Shown one piece after another: positions 1 to 8,365 of a DNA stretch of 64,000 nt (the first letter of the stretch is position 1; each line of letters starts with the position of its first letter). Under the pieces are notes generated by a model. It made no database searches. It worked only from the letters and a program-made list of their open reading frames with translations, and was not told the origin of the DNA. The position numbers were made by a program, and so were the translations under genes. Source of the DNA: Myxococcota bacterium (lineage in GTDB: Bacteria > Myxococcota_A > UBA796 > CAJQPC01); NCBI GenBank assembly GCA_036229005.1, contig JAZAMN010000004.1, positions 1-64,000 on the forward strand. The letters are read 5' to 3'.

Positions 1-8
1 TGGCCGGA

Positions 9-1610
9 ATGCTGACCGGCTGCAGCGACTTCGAGCTCATCGAGGCCGACAACAACGTCGGCGGTGTCGATGACACCACCGTCTGCGTCCTGTCCGCCGA
101 GCCCGGCTCCGTGGAGTTCGGGGAGTTCATCGTCGCTGACATCACCGCGCCCATCGAGCAGGAGGTCCTGCTCAACAACGACGGTGACGGCGACTGCCAG
201 ATCCTGGGCCTGTCCCTGGCCGAAGAGGGCACCGCCTTCGACGTCGGCGCCCTGGGCTCCGTGCTGATCCCCCCCGGCGGCCAGACCACCTTCGTGGCCT
301 CCTACCTGCCGGAGACCGCCTCCACCGACGCCGCGACCGCGGTGGTGGACTCCAACGACCCCTCCACCCCCCAGCTTGAGATCCCGCTGTCCGGTGGTGG
401 CCAGGCCCCCGTCATCGACGTGAGCCCCGCGGAGTTCGACTTCGGCAGCATGTACATCGGCTGCGAGGCCTCCCAGATCCTGACCATCTCCAACGTCGGC
501 AACGCCGATCTGGTGGTCGACGGCTTCCAGTTCAACACCGCGGGCGAGGACCTGGCCTTCTTCGAGGACGCCGACGGCCTCAACGGTGAGCTGCCCTGGA
601 CCCTGACCCCCGGCGAGACCCGCGAGGTGTGGGTCGACTACGCCCCCCTCGATGAGTACCAGGACACCGCGTACCTGTACGTCAACAGCAACGACCCCGC
701 CGTGCCCAGCTACCTGACCACCCAGGTCGGCAACGCGGAGCTCTACGGCCTGAACCTGGACGTCTTCGAGCAGCCCATCAACGGCGCCACCGACATCCTG
801 TTCGCCCTGGACTGGTCCTGCTCCATGTACGACGACCTCGCGAACGTCGAGAGCAACTTCTCCACCTTCGTGACCACCCTGGCCTCCATGGACGCCGACT
901 ACCACGTCGCCGCCGTCGTGGCCGATGACGGCTGCATCCTGGGCTCCCAGCCCTACGTCGACAACACCATGTCCCTGTCCGACCAGGAGAGCCTCTTCGA
1001 GACGCACACCTGCTTCGACACCGGCACCACGAGCTGCCCCTCCTACGGCTCCAACACCGAGCGCGCCTTCATGCTGCTGGAGTCCGCCCTGAGCAACTCC
1101 AACATCAAGACCGGCGGCTGCAACGAGGGCTTCTACCGCGAGGACGCGACCCTCTCCCTCATCGGTGTCTCCGACGAGCCCGAGCAGAGCGTCAACCCCT
1201 ACACCTACTACGTCTCCCTCTTCCAGGGCATGAAGGCCGACACCAACGACGTCGTCATGCACGCCATCGGCGGTGACTACCCCTCCGGCTGCGGCGGAAA
1301 CCAGGCCTACACCGGCTTCTACGAGGCCACCGTGGCCACCGGCGGCCTCTTCCTCAGCATCTGCGCCACCGACTTCGGCTCCCACCTCGAGAGCCTGGCC
1401 GAGGGCTCCGCTGCGGACCTCACCGCCTTCGAGCTCACCGACTACCCCGTCCCCGAGACCATCATCGTCACGGTCGACGGCGTCACCGAGAACCTGGGCT
1501 GGACCTACGTCGCCTCCACCAACACCGTGGACTTCGAAGAGGACTACGTCCCCGAGGGTGGCTCCACCATCGAGATCGAGTACGCGCTCTACGGTGACTG
1601 CGAGCAGTAA
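9..1610 (+). CDS. Lipoprotein with two Ig-like (choice-of-anchor D/ASH-type) domains and a C-terminal vWA-like domain; true start may lie upstream of the window
   Basis: LTGC lipobox at window edge; repeated 'N.G..DL.I/V...' and 'V.SNDP..P' Ig-like motifs; MIDAS-like 'DILFALDWSCSM' and 'VSDEPEQS'; strong GC3 codon bias. Confidence 0.75.
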   Translation: MLTGCSDFELIEADNNVGGVDDTTVCVLSAEPGSVEFGEFIVADITAPIEQEVLLNNDGDGDCQILGLSLAEEGTAFDVGALGSVLIPPGGQTTFVASYLPETASTDAATAVVDSNDPSTPQLEIPLSGGGQAPVIDVSPAEFDFGSMYIGCEASQILTISNVGNADLVVDGFQFNTAGEDLAFFEDADGLNGELPWTLTPGETREVWVDYAPLDEYQDTAYLYVNSNDPAVPSYLTTQVGNAELYGLNLDVFEQPINGATDILFALDWSCSMYDDLANVESNFSTFVTTLASMDADYHVAAVVADDGCILGSQPYVDNTMSLSDQESLFETHTCFDTGTTSCPSYGSNTERAFMLLESALSNSNIKTGGCNEGFYREDATLSLIGVSDEPEQSVNPYTYYVSLFQGMKADTNDVVMHAIGGDYPSGCGGNQAYTGFYEATVATGGLFLSICATDFGSHLESLAEGSAADLTAFELTDYPVPETIIVTVDGVTENLGWTYVASTNTVDFEEDYVPEGGSTIEIEYALYGDCEQ

Positions 1611-1611
1611 A

Positions 1612-1718
1612 CGTCGATTCCGAGCGTGACTCCAAACGGAGTCACGCTCGAATCTGACGAGCGTCGATTCACAGCGTGACTCCAAAATGGAGTCACGCTT
1701 GAATCTGACGAGCGTCGG
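1612..1718. repeat. Tandem REP-like hairpin array (2 full units plus partial), CGTCGATTC-inner hairpin-GAATCTGACG
   Basis: Units at 1612-1659 and 1662-1710; inner perfect stems cgagcgtgactcc/ggagtcacgctcg and agcgtgactcca/tggagtcacgct; lies between convergent genes. Confidence 0.9.
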
Positions 1719-1727
1719 CTGGCGAAC

Positions 1728-1755
1728 GCGGGTCGGTCCTTCGGGGCCGGCCCGC
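1728..1755 (+). terminator. GC-rich hairpin with cTTCGg loop, possible terminator/RNA stabiliser
   Basis: gcgggtcggtcc-ttcg-gggccggcccgc, 12-bp stem with two G-T pairs, between convergent genes; no strong U-tract. Confidence 0.45.
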
Positions 1756-1784
1756 TGTGCTCTGGGCTCAAGCGGCCCGCCGGC

Positions 1785-2081
1785 TCAGGCCACCCGGAGC
1801 TGAGGCGCCTGCTGGGCCAGCGCCTCCTGGATCGCGTCGGTGTCCAGCTCCTGCGTGGGGAGGCTGGCGTCGCTGTGGAGGGTGAGCAGCAGCTCGCCCT
1901 TGGCGTAGCTCAGGTGGAAGCGGGAGGGGAGCGCTGCGGTGCACTGCGTCCGCCCGACAGCCACGGAGAGCCGCGGGCCGAAGCGGCTCATGAGCGCGCC
2001 CAGCAGCCGCTCGGGCCGGGCGTGGTAGGGGCTGGTCATCACGACGCGGCCCCCGCTGAGCTGGCGGGTCTTGATGTGCAT
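1785..2081 (-). CDS. Hypothetical protein (98 aa)
   Basis: ATG start with AGGTGAG upstream, GC3-biased codons, fills the gap between neighbours. Confidence 0.6.
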   Translation of the reverse strand: MHIKTRQLSGGRVVMTSPYHARPERLLGALMSRFGPRLSVAVGRTQCTAALPSRFHLSYAKGELLLTLHSDASLPTQELDTDAIQEALAQQAPQLRVA

Positions 2082-2139
2082 GTCTCACCTATCGGACGCC
2101 GCAGGCCCAGCATCAGTCAAAGGGAGATAGAGGCCTGTC

Positions 2140-3417
2140 ATGATCTGGGTCGGCTACACCACCCGCTACCGCGACGGCGGCGCCCAGATGGCCCGGGCCG
2201 CGCGCACGTTGGCCGCCGAGCGCCAGCGCGCCCACCCCGAGCTGCGCGTGGTCTGCGAGGCCGTGGAGTCCAAGGCCGCGTTCATCGCCGCGCTGCAGTC
2301 CGACACCCTCCACGAGCTGCACCTGGTGGCGCACTCAGGCATGTACGGCCCCATGTTCGGGACCACGGACTGGCCCGAGCAGCTCTCGCCCCACGAGTGG
2401 CGCACCCTGGCGCTGGACTTCGCCCCGGGGGCCCAGGCCTGGTTCTTGTCCTGCCGCTCGGCGCGCTGGTTCGCGCCCTTCTTTGCGAACCTCTTTGGCG
2501 TGCCCACCCACGGCTTCCACTGGTACACCAGCTACTCGGCGCGCCCCGACCGCTTCGCGTGGGAGGGGCCGCGCAGCGACCCCGAGGCCCCCCTCTGGGT
2601 CATGGGCACCCCCGGCCGCAAGTCCCACGGGCTGCCGGGCTCCGTGCTCAAGTACGGCCTGGGGCGGCGCGAGCTCCCCAAGCGCTTCGAGCCCCAGCGC
2701 GCCGGCGAGGGCAGCTATGACCCGGTCGCGGCGCTCTACGACCAGGCCTTCGACGACATCCGGGTGCGCCAGGACGAGTGGCGCTGGCTGGAGCCCCGGG
2801 TGCCCCAGGGGGCGCGGGTGCTGGACCTGGGCTGCGGGAACGGGGCGCTGTTGCAGCAACTCGCACCTCGCTTGCGGACGGGGCTTGGCGTGGACTCGAG
2901 CGCCGGCCAGCTCCAGATGGCAGAGACCCGATGCGCGGCGCACCCCAACCTCTCCTTCTCCCGAATCGAGGGCCCCCAGCTCCCGCTGCCCGATGACAGC
3001 GTCGATCTGGCCATCTCCCTGCTCTCCTTCCGCTACCTGGACTGGGATCCGCTGATGCAGGAGCTCCAGCGCGTGCTCACCCCCCAGGGGCGCCTGCTGG
3101 TCGTGGACATGGCCGCCGCGCCGCTCCAGAGCCGCGAGCTCCCCCGGGCCGCATTCGACACCCTGCGCTCCCGCTGGCAGCGCCGCGCCTTCCCCCAGGC
3201 CGGACAGGCCCTGCGCCGCCTGGTCGGGGACGACGCCTGGCAGCAGATGCTGGACCACAACCCCATCCGCGGCGAGCACGAGTACCGCTGGTACCTGGAG
3301 TCCCGCTTCCCCGGTCGAAAGATGGAGCTGCTCAACCTGGGCTGGCACGCGCGGGTGATGGCCTTCGACTCCGGCCCCTTCTCCCAGGCCACCCTCAGCC
3401 CCATGGCCTACCCGTGA
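2140..3417 (+). CDS. Fusion: uncharacterised N-terminal alpha/beta domain + class I SAM-dependent methyltransferase
   Basis: Motif I 'RVLDLGCGNG', 'GVDSSAGQL', 'LPLPDDSVDL', 'RVLTPQGRLLVVD' in the C-terminal half. Confidence 0.8.
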   Translation: MIWVGYTTRYRDGGAQMARAARTLAAERQRAHPELRVVCEAVESKAAFIAALQSDTLHELHLVAHSGMYGPMFGTTDWPEQLSPHEWRTLALDFAPGAQAWFLSCRSARWFAPFFANLFGVPTHGFHWYTSYSARPDRFAWEGPRSDPEAPLWVMGTPGRKSHGLPGSVLKYGLGRRELPKRFEPQRAGEGSYDPVAALYDQAFDDIRVRQDEWRWLEPRVPQGARVLDLGCGNGALLQQLAPRLRTGLGVDSSAGQLQMAETRCAAHPNLSFSRIEGPQLPLPDDSVDLAISLLSFRYLDWDPLMQELQRVLTPQGRLLVVDMAAAPLQSRELPRAAFDTLRSRWQRRAFPQAGQALRRLVGDDAWQQMLDHNPIRGEHEYRWYLESRFPGRKMELLNLGWHARVMAFDSGPFSQATLSPMAYP

Positions 3418-4136
3418 CGCTGGGCATGCTGGACTGGGGCATCGGCGGGCTGTCGGTGCTGCGCGCGCTCCAGGCCCAGGGCGTCGCGGCGCGGGTGCAC
3501 TACCTGTCGGATGCAGGCGTGACCCCCTACGGCAAGCTCCCCCCGGACCAGCTCGCCGCCCGGGTGGAGGACCGCTGTCGCCTGCTCCAGTCGCTGGGGG
3601 CCGAGCGGATCGTGGTCGCCTGCAACGCCGCCTCCACCGTCCTGGACCGGGTGGGCGCGCCCACCGTCGGGGTGATCCAGGCGGGCATCCAGGCCGTCCG
3701 CGACTCGGGCCTGCAGCGGGTGGCCGTGCTGGGTGGGCAGCGCACGGTGGACAGCCACCTCTACGCGCAGGGGCTCCCCCAGGTGCAGGTCATCGAGCGC
3801 TGCGCCCAGCCATTGAGCGCTCTGGTCGAGGCGGGCGAGCTCACGGGACCCCACGTCGAGGCCGCAGTCCAGGCTGTGCTGGAGCCGGTAGGAGAGGTGG
3901 CTGGGATCGTCCTGGCCTGCACGCACTACCCCGCTCTGGCGCCTGTGTTCCGGTCGCTGCGCCCCGAGGCTCTGCTGCTCGACCCGGGCATCGAGGCGGC
4001 AGCGCAGCTCGCAAAGGCACTGGATCCCGGCGCAGTCGAGGTCACCTTTGCCACTTCGGGAGACCCCCAAGCCATGCGGGCAGCGGCCCTGGCTGCATTC
4101 GGGGTAGAGATCCCCTCGCTCCGGAGCCTCCCTTGA
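3414..4136 (+). CDS. Glutamate/aspartate racemase family protein (MurI-like)
   Basis: 'DWGIGGLSV', 'D...PYG', catalytic 'VACNAAS' and 'LACTHYP'; GTGA overlap with upstream gene. Confidence 0.85.
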   Translation: MTLGMLDWGIGGLSVLRALQAQGVAARVHYLSDAGVTPYGKLPPDQLAARVEDRCRLLQSLGAERIVVACNAASTVLDRVGAPTVGVIQAGIQAVRDSGLQRVAVLGGQRTVDSHLYAQGLPQVQVIERCAQPLSALVEAGELTGPHVEAAVQAVLEPVGEVAGIVLACTHYPALAPVFRSLRPEALLLDPGIEAAAQLAKALDPGAVEVTFATSGDPQAMRAAALAAFGVEIPSLRSLP

Positions 4137-5533
4137 TCCTTCTGCTCATCGCCTGTCTGGGCCGCAGCGAGACCCTGGACACCGGCCCCTTCGATGACGA
4201 CGGAGACGGCGTCCCCAACCCTGAGGACTGCGCTCCGGACGACCCCGCCATCGGCCCCGGCCCCGAGCTCTGCGACGGCATCGACAACGACTGCGACGGC
4301 CTGGAGGACGAGGGCTTCGACCTGGACGAGGACGGCATCGCCGACTGCCTGGAGCCCTGCCCGATCTGGGTCGCCCCCCAGGGCAGCGCGCAGCCCGACG
4401 GCAGCGAGGAGGCCCCCTACGGCAGCATCACCCGGGCCATCGCCAGCACGGGCAGCACCTGCCGCGAGGTCCGCGTCGCCGCGGGGAGCTACACGGAGAA
4501 CGTCGACTTCGGGGAGAGCGAGGCCCAGGTGATCGGCGCCGGGGCTGGCCTCTCCATCCTGGAGCCCGCCCAGGCCGGCAGCGTCGTCACCATCGCGGGC
4601 GCCCAGAGCAGCGACACCCTGCTGCAGGGCTTCACCATCCGCGGGGGCCAGGGCACCAACGGCGACGGCGATCGCCTGCCCGCGCACTACCGCCACGGCG
4701 GCGGCCTGCTGGTGATGGACGCCAACCCCACCCTGGTCGCGCTTGAGCTCGTGGACAACGTCGTGACCGGCCGCGGCGGCGGCGCGCTGCTCTACAACTG
4801 GGACGGCAGCCTCACGGACTCCACCTTCCAGGGCAACGCCAGCACCGACTACCCCGAGTACGCGGGCGGCGGGCTCTACCTCTACCGCTCCGAGGGGCGC
4901 GTCAGCGGCTGCACCTTCACCGACAACCACGTCCAGGGCCCCGAGTCCGATGGCGGCGGAATCATGTCCTGGCGCGGTCGCCCGGAGATCGACGGCAACC
5001 GCTTCTTCGGCAACACCGCGACCGCCAGCGGCGGGGCCCTGCGCAGCGCGGACGCCCAGGTGTTCGTGGTGAACAACCTGGCCGTCGACTCCGCGCCGGA
5101 CGGCATGCGCTTCTCCTACGACGACCTGGGGCTGGTCGCGAACAACACCGTCATCGGCTCTCAGACCGACGGCATGCGCACCCAGACCAGCGGCGAGTAC
5201 GAGGGCCCCGGCCCCCAGCTTGAGATGGCCAACAACCTGCTGCTGGACAACGGCGGCTACGGCCTGCAGCTCACGGGCAGCTACAGCGTGGACTGGCATC
5301 ACAACCTGATCTTCGGCTCGACCCTGGGCGCCTACGCCGCCGAGGACTGGACCCCAGGCGAGGCCAACGTCAGCGGCGATCCCCTGCTGGACGTCAGCTA
5401 CACGCCCCAGCCCGGCTCGGCGGCCATCGACGCAGGCGACAACCTGGGCGCCGGCGTGGGCGATGACCTGGTCGGGACGGCTCGGCCGCAGGGCGCGGCG
5501 TGGGACATTGGGGCGCTGGAGGCGGTGGAGTAG
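4133..5533 (+). CDS. Lipoprotein with putative metal-binding motif and right-handed beta-helix (choice-of-anchor Q-like C-terminus)
   Basis: LIAC lipobox; 'DCAPDDPAIGPGPELCDGIDNDCDG'; GGG/N..F.GN beta-helix repeats; 'SAAIDAG...RPQGAAWDIGALE'. Confidence 0.8.
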   Translation: MILLLIACLGRSETLDTGPFDDDGDGVPNPEDCAPDDPAIGPGPELCDGIDNDCDGLEDEGFDLDEDGIADCLEPCPIWVAPQGSAQPDGSEEAPYGSITRAIASTGSTCREVRVAAGSYTENVDFGESEAQVIGAGAGLSILEPAQAGSVVTIAGAQSSDTLLQGFTIRGGQGTNGDGDRLPAHYRHGGGLLVMDANPTLVALELVDNVVTGRGGGALLYNWDGSLTDSTFQGNASTDYPEYAGGGLYLYRSEGRVSGCTFTDNHVQGPESDGGGIMSWRGRPEIDGNRFFGNTATASGGALRSADAQVFVVNNLAVDSAPDGMRFSYDDLGLVANNTVIGSQTDGMRTQTSGEYEGPGPQLEMANNLLLDNGGYGLQLTGSYSVDWHHNLIFGSTLGAYAAEDWTPGEANVSGDPLLDVSYTPQPGSAAIDAGDNLGAGVGDDLVGTARPQGAAWDIGALEAVE

Positions 5534-5548
5534 GGGGGCAGGCGGCCC

Positions 5549-5845
5549 CGGCGCCGCGCAAGTCCCTCCGAACGCAACACGGCGCCGCGCAAGTCCCTGC
5601 GAACGCAACACGGGGCCGCGCAAGTCCCTGCGAACGCAACACGGCGCCGCGCAAGTCCCCGCGAACGCAACAGTCTCCCTGAATCCAAGGAGCAGAAGGG
5701 CCCTCAAGCCGCTCTCTGCGCACGCTTTTGTTGCGTTCACCCTGACTTGCGCACACCTGTGTTGCGTTCACCCCGACCTGCGCAGGACGCTGTTGCGTTC
5801 ACCCCCGCTTGCGCCCAGCGTTGTTGCGTTCACCCCCGCTTGCGC
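5549..5845. repeat. Inverted pair of 31-bp-period tandem arrays (4 + 4 units) around a 56-bp spacer
   Basis: GAACGCAACA at 5570, 5601, 5632, 5663; its reverse complement TGTTGCGTTC at 5729, 5760, 5791, 5822; second block GCGCAAG/CTTGCGC at a fixed 7-bp distance. Confidence 0.92.
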
Positions 5846-6808
5846 TCACTCAAGGTCCGCCGCCCCCGCCAACCCCGAGGCCACCGGGTGCAGGTTCACC
5901 CGCGCGCACCAGGTCTCGTCCGCGCGCCCGTCATGGAGCGGCGCGTACAGGGTCATGGTCAGCACGCTGCCGTCAGGCTGGTGCCTGGCGAAGGAGGCGT
6001 CGTGGCCCAGCTCCACGAAGCTGCAGTCCGCCAGCTCCTGAGCGCAGCCCACGAAGCCCTCCTTGGTCGGCTGATCCACGCAGGGAGCGCAGGCCGCGGT
6101 CCACCCCTCCCAGGCCGCCCGGCAGGCCTCGATGGGTCCCTCCAGCACCAGCTCCACGCCCGGGGCGTCGATCATCGGGCTCGCCACTGCGCTGCGGATC
6201 TCCAGGTCTGGAGCGGGCAGGGTGGCCTTCGCGCTGCCGAGCTCCACCTCCAGCACACCGCGATCCACCCGCGCTCGCCCATCGATCGTCTCCATCGACG
6301 AGGACAGGCTGCCCGCGAGCTCCAACTCCGCGCTGATGTGCAGCTCCGCGAGTCCATTGTCCTGAGGGCGCAGGTCCAGGGAGAGCTGCGTCCGACCCAC
6401 CCGCTGCTTGCTGCTCAGGCCCTGGCCTCCGGGCGCGTGCACCGGGGTGTCCCAGTCCCCGCCGATAGCCGTCCGCCAGGCCTCCGGCTTGAGCCCGCAG
6501 TCCACCCAGGCGTCCAGGCTGCGGTGGCCCTCCCAGGCCTCGACGTCCAGCTTGGTCACGGCGCAGGGGGACGCGATGCCCTCGACCTGCCAGAGCGCGC
6601 GGCGCTCCCCGCGCACTGCGTCCACCAGCGCCAGGGTCCAGCCCGCCGGCTCGGTTCGCAGATCCAGCATCAGCTCGGGCGGGGCCACAAACGCGGGGCT
6701 TGGGGACGCCACGATCCACGGGGTCTCCATGGCCACCGGGGCGTCGACCGCGGGGGGCTCAACCGGGGCCTGACGCCCGGCGCAGGCCAGGATCCACATC
6801 CAGCTCAT
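5846..6808 (-). CDS. Hypothetical lipoprotein
   Basis: 'MSWMWILAC' lipobox; ATGA overlap with the methyltransferase stop; Cys-containing C-terminal part. Confidence 0.65.
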   Translation of the reverse strand: MSWMWILACAGRQAPVEPPAVDAPVAMETPWIVASPSPAFVAPPELMLDLRTEPAGWTLALVDAVRGERRALWQVEGIASPCAVTKLDVEAWEGHRSLDAWVDCGLKPEAWRTAIGGDWDTPVHAPGGQGLSSKQRVGRTQLSLDLRPQDNGLAELHISAELELAGSLSSSMETIDGRARVDRGVLEVELGSAKATLPAPDLEIRSAVASPMIDAPGVELVLEGPIEACRAAWEGWTAACAPCVDQPTKEGFVGCAQELADCSFVELGHDASFARHQPDGSVLTMTLYAPLHDGRADETWCARVNLHPVASGLAGAADLE

Positions 6809-8355
6809 GGGCTCTCCTTTCGTCGCCTGCGGCGCAGTAGCGCCCAGGCCTCCCGCAGGGTCTCCTGGTCGCGCTCGCTCAGCCCGATGGCCCCCAGCAC
6901 GCGGGGGTCCCGCTGGGCCAGGACCCGCTCGGGATCGGGCTCATCACGCAGCAAGAGGTCTGCAGGCGGAACGTCAAGATCCAGGTTCAAGCTCGGAAGA
7001 CGGGCGATCTCGCTGGGCACCAGCTCCAGCACCCCGCCGCCGTAGTGGCGACCATGCAGCTCCGTGCCCAGCGCTGTCAGGCTGTTCACGAAGCTCGCCA
7101 CCAGGCCCGGCGCGGACTCCCCCTCGAAGGGGCGCAGGCGGTAGGCCGTGTCCGTCTGGTAGGCCCCCGCCTGGTTCCACACCAGCCGGTGCAGGCTGTG
7201 GCTGCGCTTGAGCATCGCGACCGGCGCCACCCAGGCCGAAGGCAGGCTCCACCAGGGCTTGCGAATCCGGCACTTGTAGCGCTGGTGCAGGCCCTTGGCC
7301 TCACCCTCCGCGAGCCATCGCCGCGCCCCCGGACCCAGCGGCTCGGAGAAGTGCAGCATCCACGCAGGCTTGCCGGCCGCCACGTTGCGCTGGTGCTGAG
7401 CGGCGTCAAAGAGCGCGCCCGGGGCCTGCTCGCTGCGACCAAAGGCCGGCTTGGCCCAGGGCTCCAGCGCGTACTCCTGGACCACCGCTTGGGGCACCAG
7501 GAAGAATGCGTTCGCGCCCGTCACCATGCCCACCTCGGCGCGGGCACGCTGACCCAGGGGCCGCACGGCGGGGTGCGCCTGGAGCTGATCCCACAGGCTC
7601 CGGGCCCCCGGGGGGAGCAGCGCCGGCATCCACTTTGCGCCCAGCAGGTCCTCGCCGGTGGACGAGGGCGTCGGCAGGTCCCGGTGCAGGAAGGCGTCCC
7701 CGGGGCAGGCCTGGATCTGCAGGCGGGCAGGTCCCTTCCCCTTCTCGGCGATCAGGAGCACGGTGCCCTGCAGGGCTTCGGGGAACCACAGGCGTTCGGT
7801 GTCCAGCACCACCACCTGGCTGCACTCCCGCAGCAGGTGGTCGCGCAGACCCTGGCTGTGCAGGACGTGGAGCAGCTCGGCGGGCAGCACCATCGCGAGC
7901 TGGCCGCCGGGACGGAGCAGGCGCAAGCTGGCGACGACGATGGGCACCCACGCGTTCGTGTGGCGCGTGAAGGGCAGCCCGGCGCGGCGGAACTCGGCCT
8001 GGGCGCGGTCCTGCTGCTGGGGGCTCAGGTACTGGTAGCGGATGTAGGGCGGGTTTCCGATGGCCGCGTCATACCGCCCGGGCTCCTGGGCGCTGGCCCA
8101 CTCCAAGAAGTCCCCGGTGTGCACGAGGTGACCGGATGCGCGGGCCTTCTCCGCCTCCTGGGGCTCGAGCTCGACGCCCTGGATCTGCAGCCCGCTGGGC
8201 GCGCGGTGCAGGAACACGCCGTCGCCGCAGCTCGGCTCGAGCACGCTGTGGACGCCGGGGCGGGCCACCTGTCGCCACAGGAAATCGACCAGCGCCGGAG
8301 GCGTGTACCAGGCACCCCGCAGGCTGCGGGGGTCGGCGGCGGCGGGGTCCTTCAC
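6805..8355 (-). CDS. N6-adenine DNA methyltransferase (Eco57I/TaqI-like, gamma class)
   Basis: 'GAWYTPP', motif I 'VLEPSCGDGVFL', motif IV 'IGNPPYIRY', C-terminal 'GRHYGGGVLELVPSE' region typical of this class. Confidence 0.9.
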   Translation of the reverse strand: MKDPAAADPRSLRGAWYTPPALVDFLWRQVARPGVHSVLEPSCGDGVFLHRAPSGLQIQGVELEPQEAEKARASGHLVHTGDFLEWASAQEPGRYDAAIGNPPYIRYQYLSPQQQDRAQAEFRRAGLPFTRHTNAWVPIVVASLRLLRPGGQLAMVLPAELLHVLHSQGLRDHLLRECSQVVVLDTERLWFPEALQGTVLLIAEKGKGPARLQIQACPGDAFLHRDLPTPSSTGEDLLGAKWMPALLPPGARSLWDQLQAHPAVRPLGQRARAEVGMVTGANAFFLVPQAVVQEYALEPWAKPAFGRSEQAPGALFDAAQHQRNVAAGKPAWMLHFSEPLGPGARRWLAEGEAKGLHQRYKCRIRKPWWSLPSAWVAPVAMLKRSHSLHRLVWNQAGAYQTDTAYRLRPFEGESAPGLVASFVNSLTALGTELHGRHYGGGVLELVPSEIARLPSLNLDLDVPPADLLLRDEPDPERVLAQRDPRVLGAIGLSERDQETLREAWALLRRRRRKESP

Positions 8356-8365
8356 GCCGCGGGGC

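Noticed and set aside
1612..1718. Integron attC sites
   Set aside because: No RYYYAAC/GTTRRRY core ends, units are tandem without cassettes, and no integrase is seen.
5549..5845. CRISPR or TIGR-like guide array interpretation of the 31-bp repeats
   Set aside because: Variable segments are only 7 nt and nearly identical in the left arm, the two halves are inverted, and no associated effector gene is present; binding-site array fits better, though RNA data are lacking.
5394..6041. Short repetitive ORFs spanning the 31-bp arrays (also 48727-48909 and 43611-44234)
   Set aside because: Translations merely mirror the DNA repeats, whose period is not a multiple of three or which overlap real genes.
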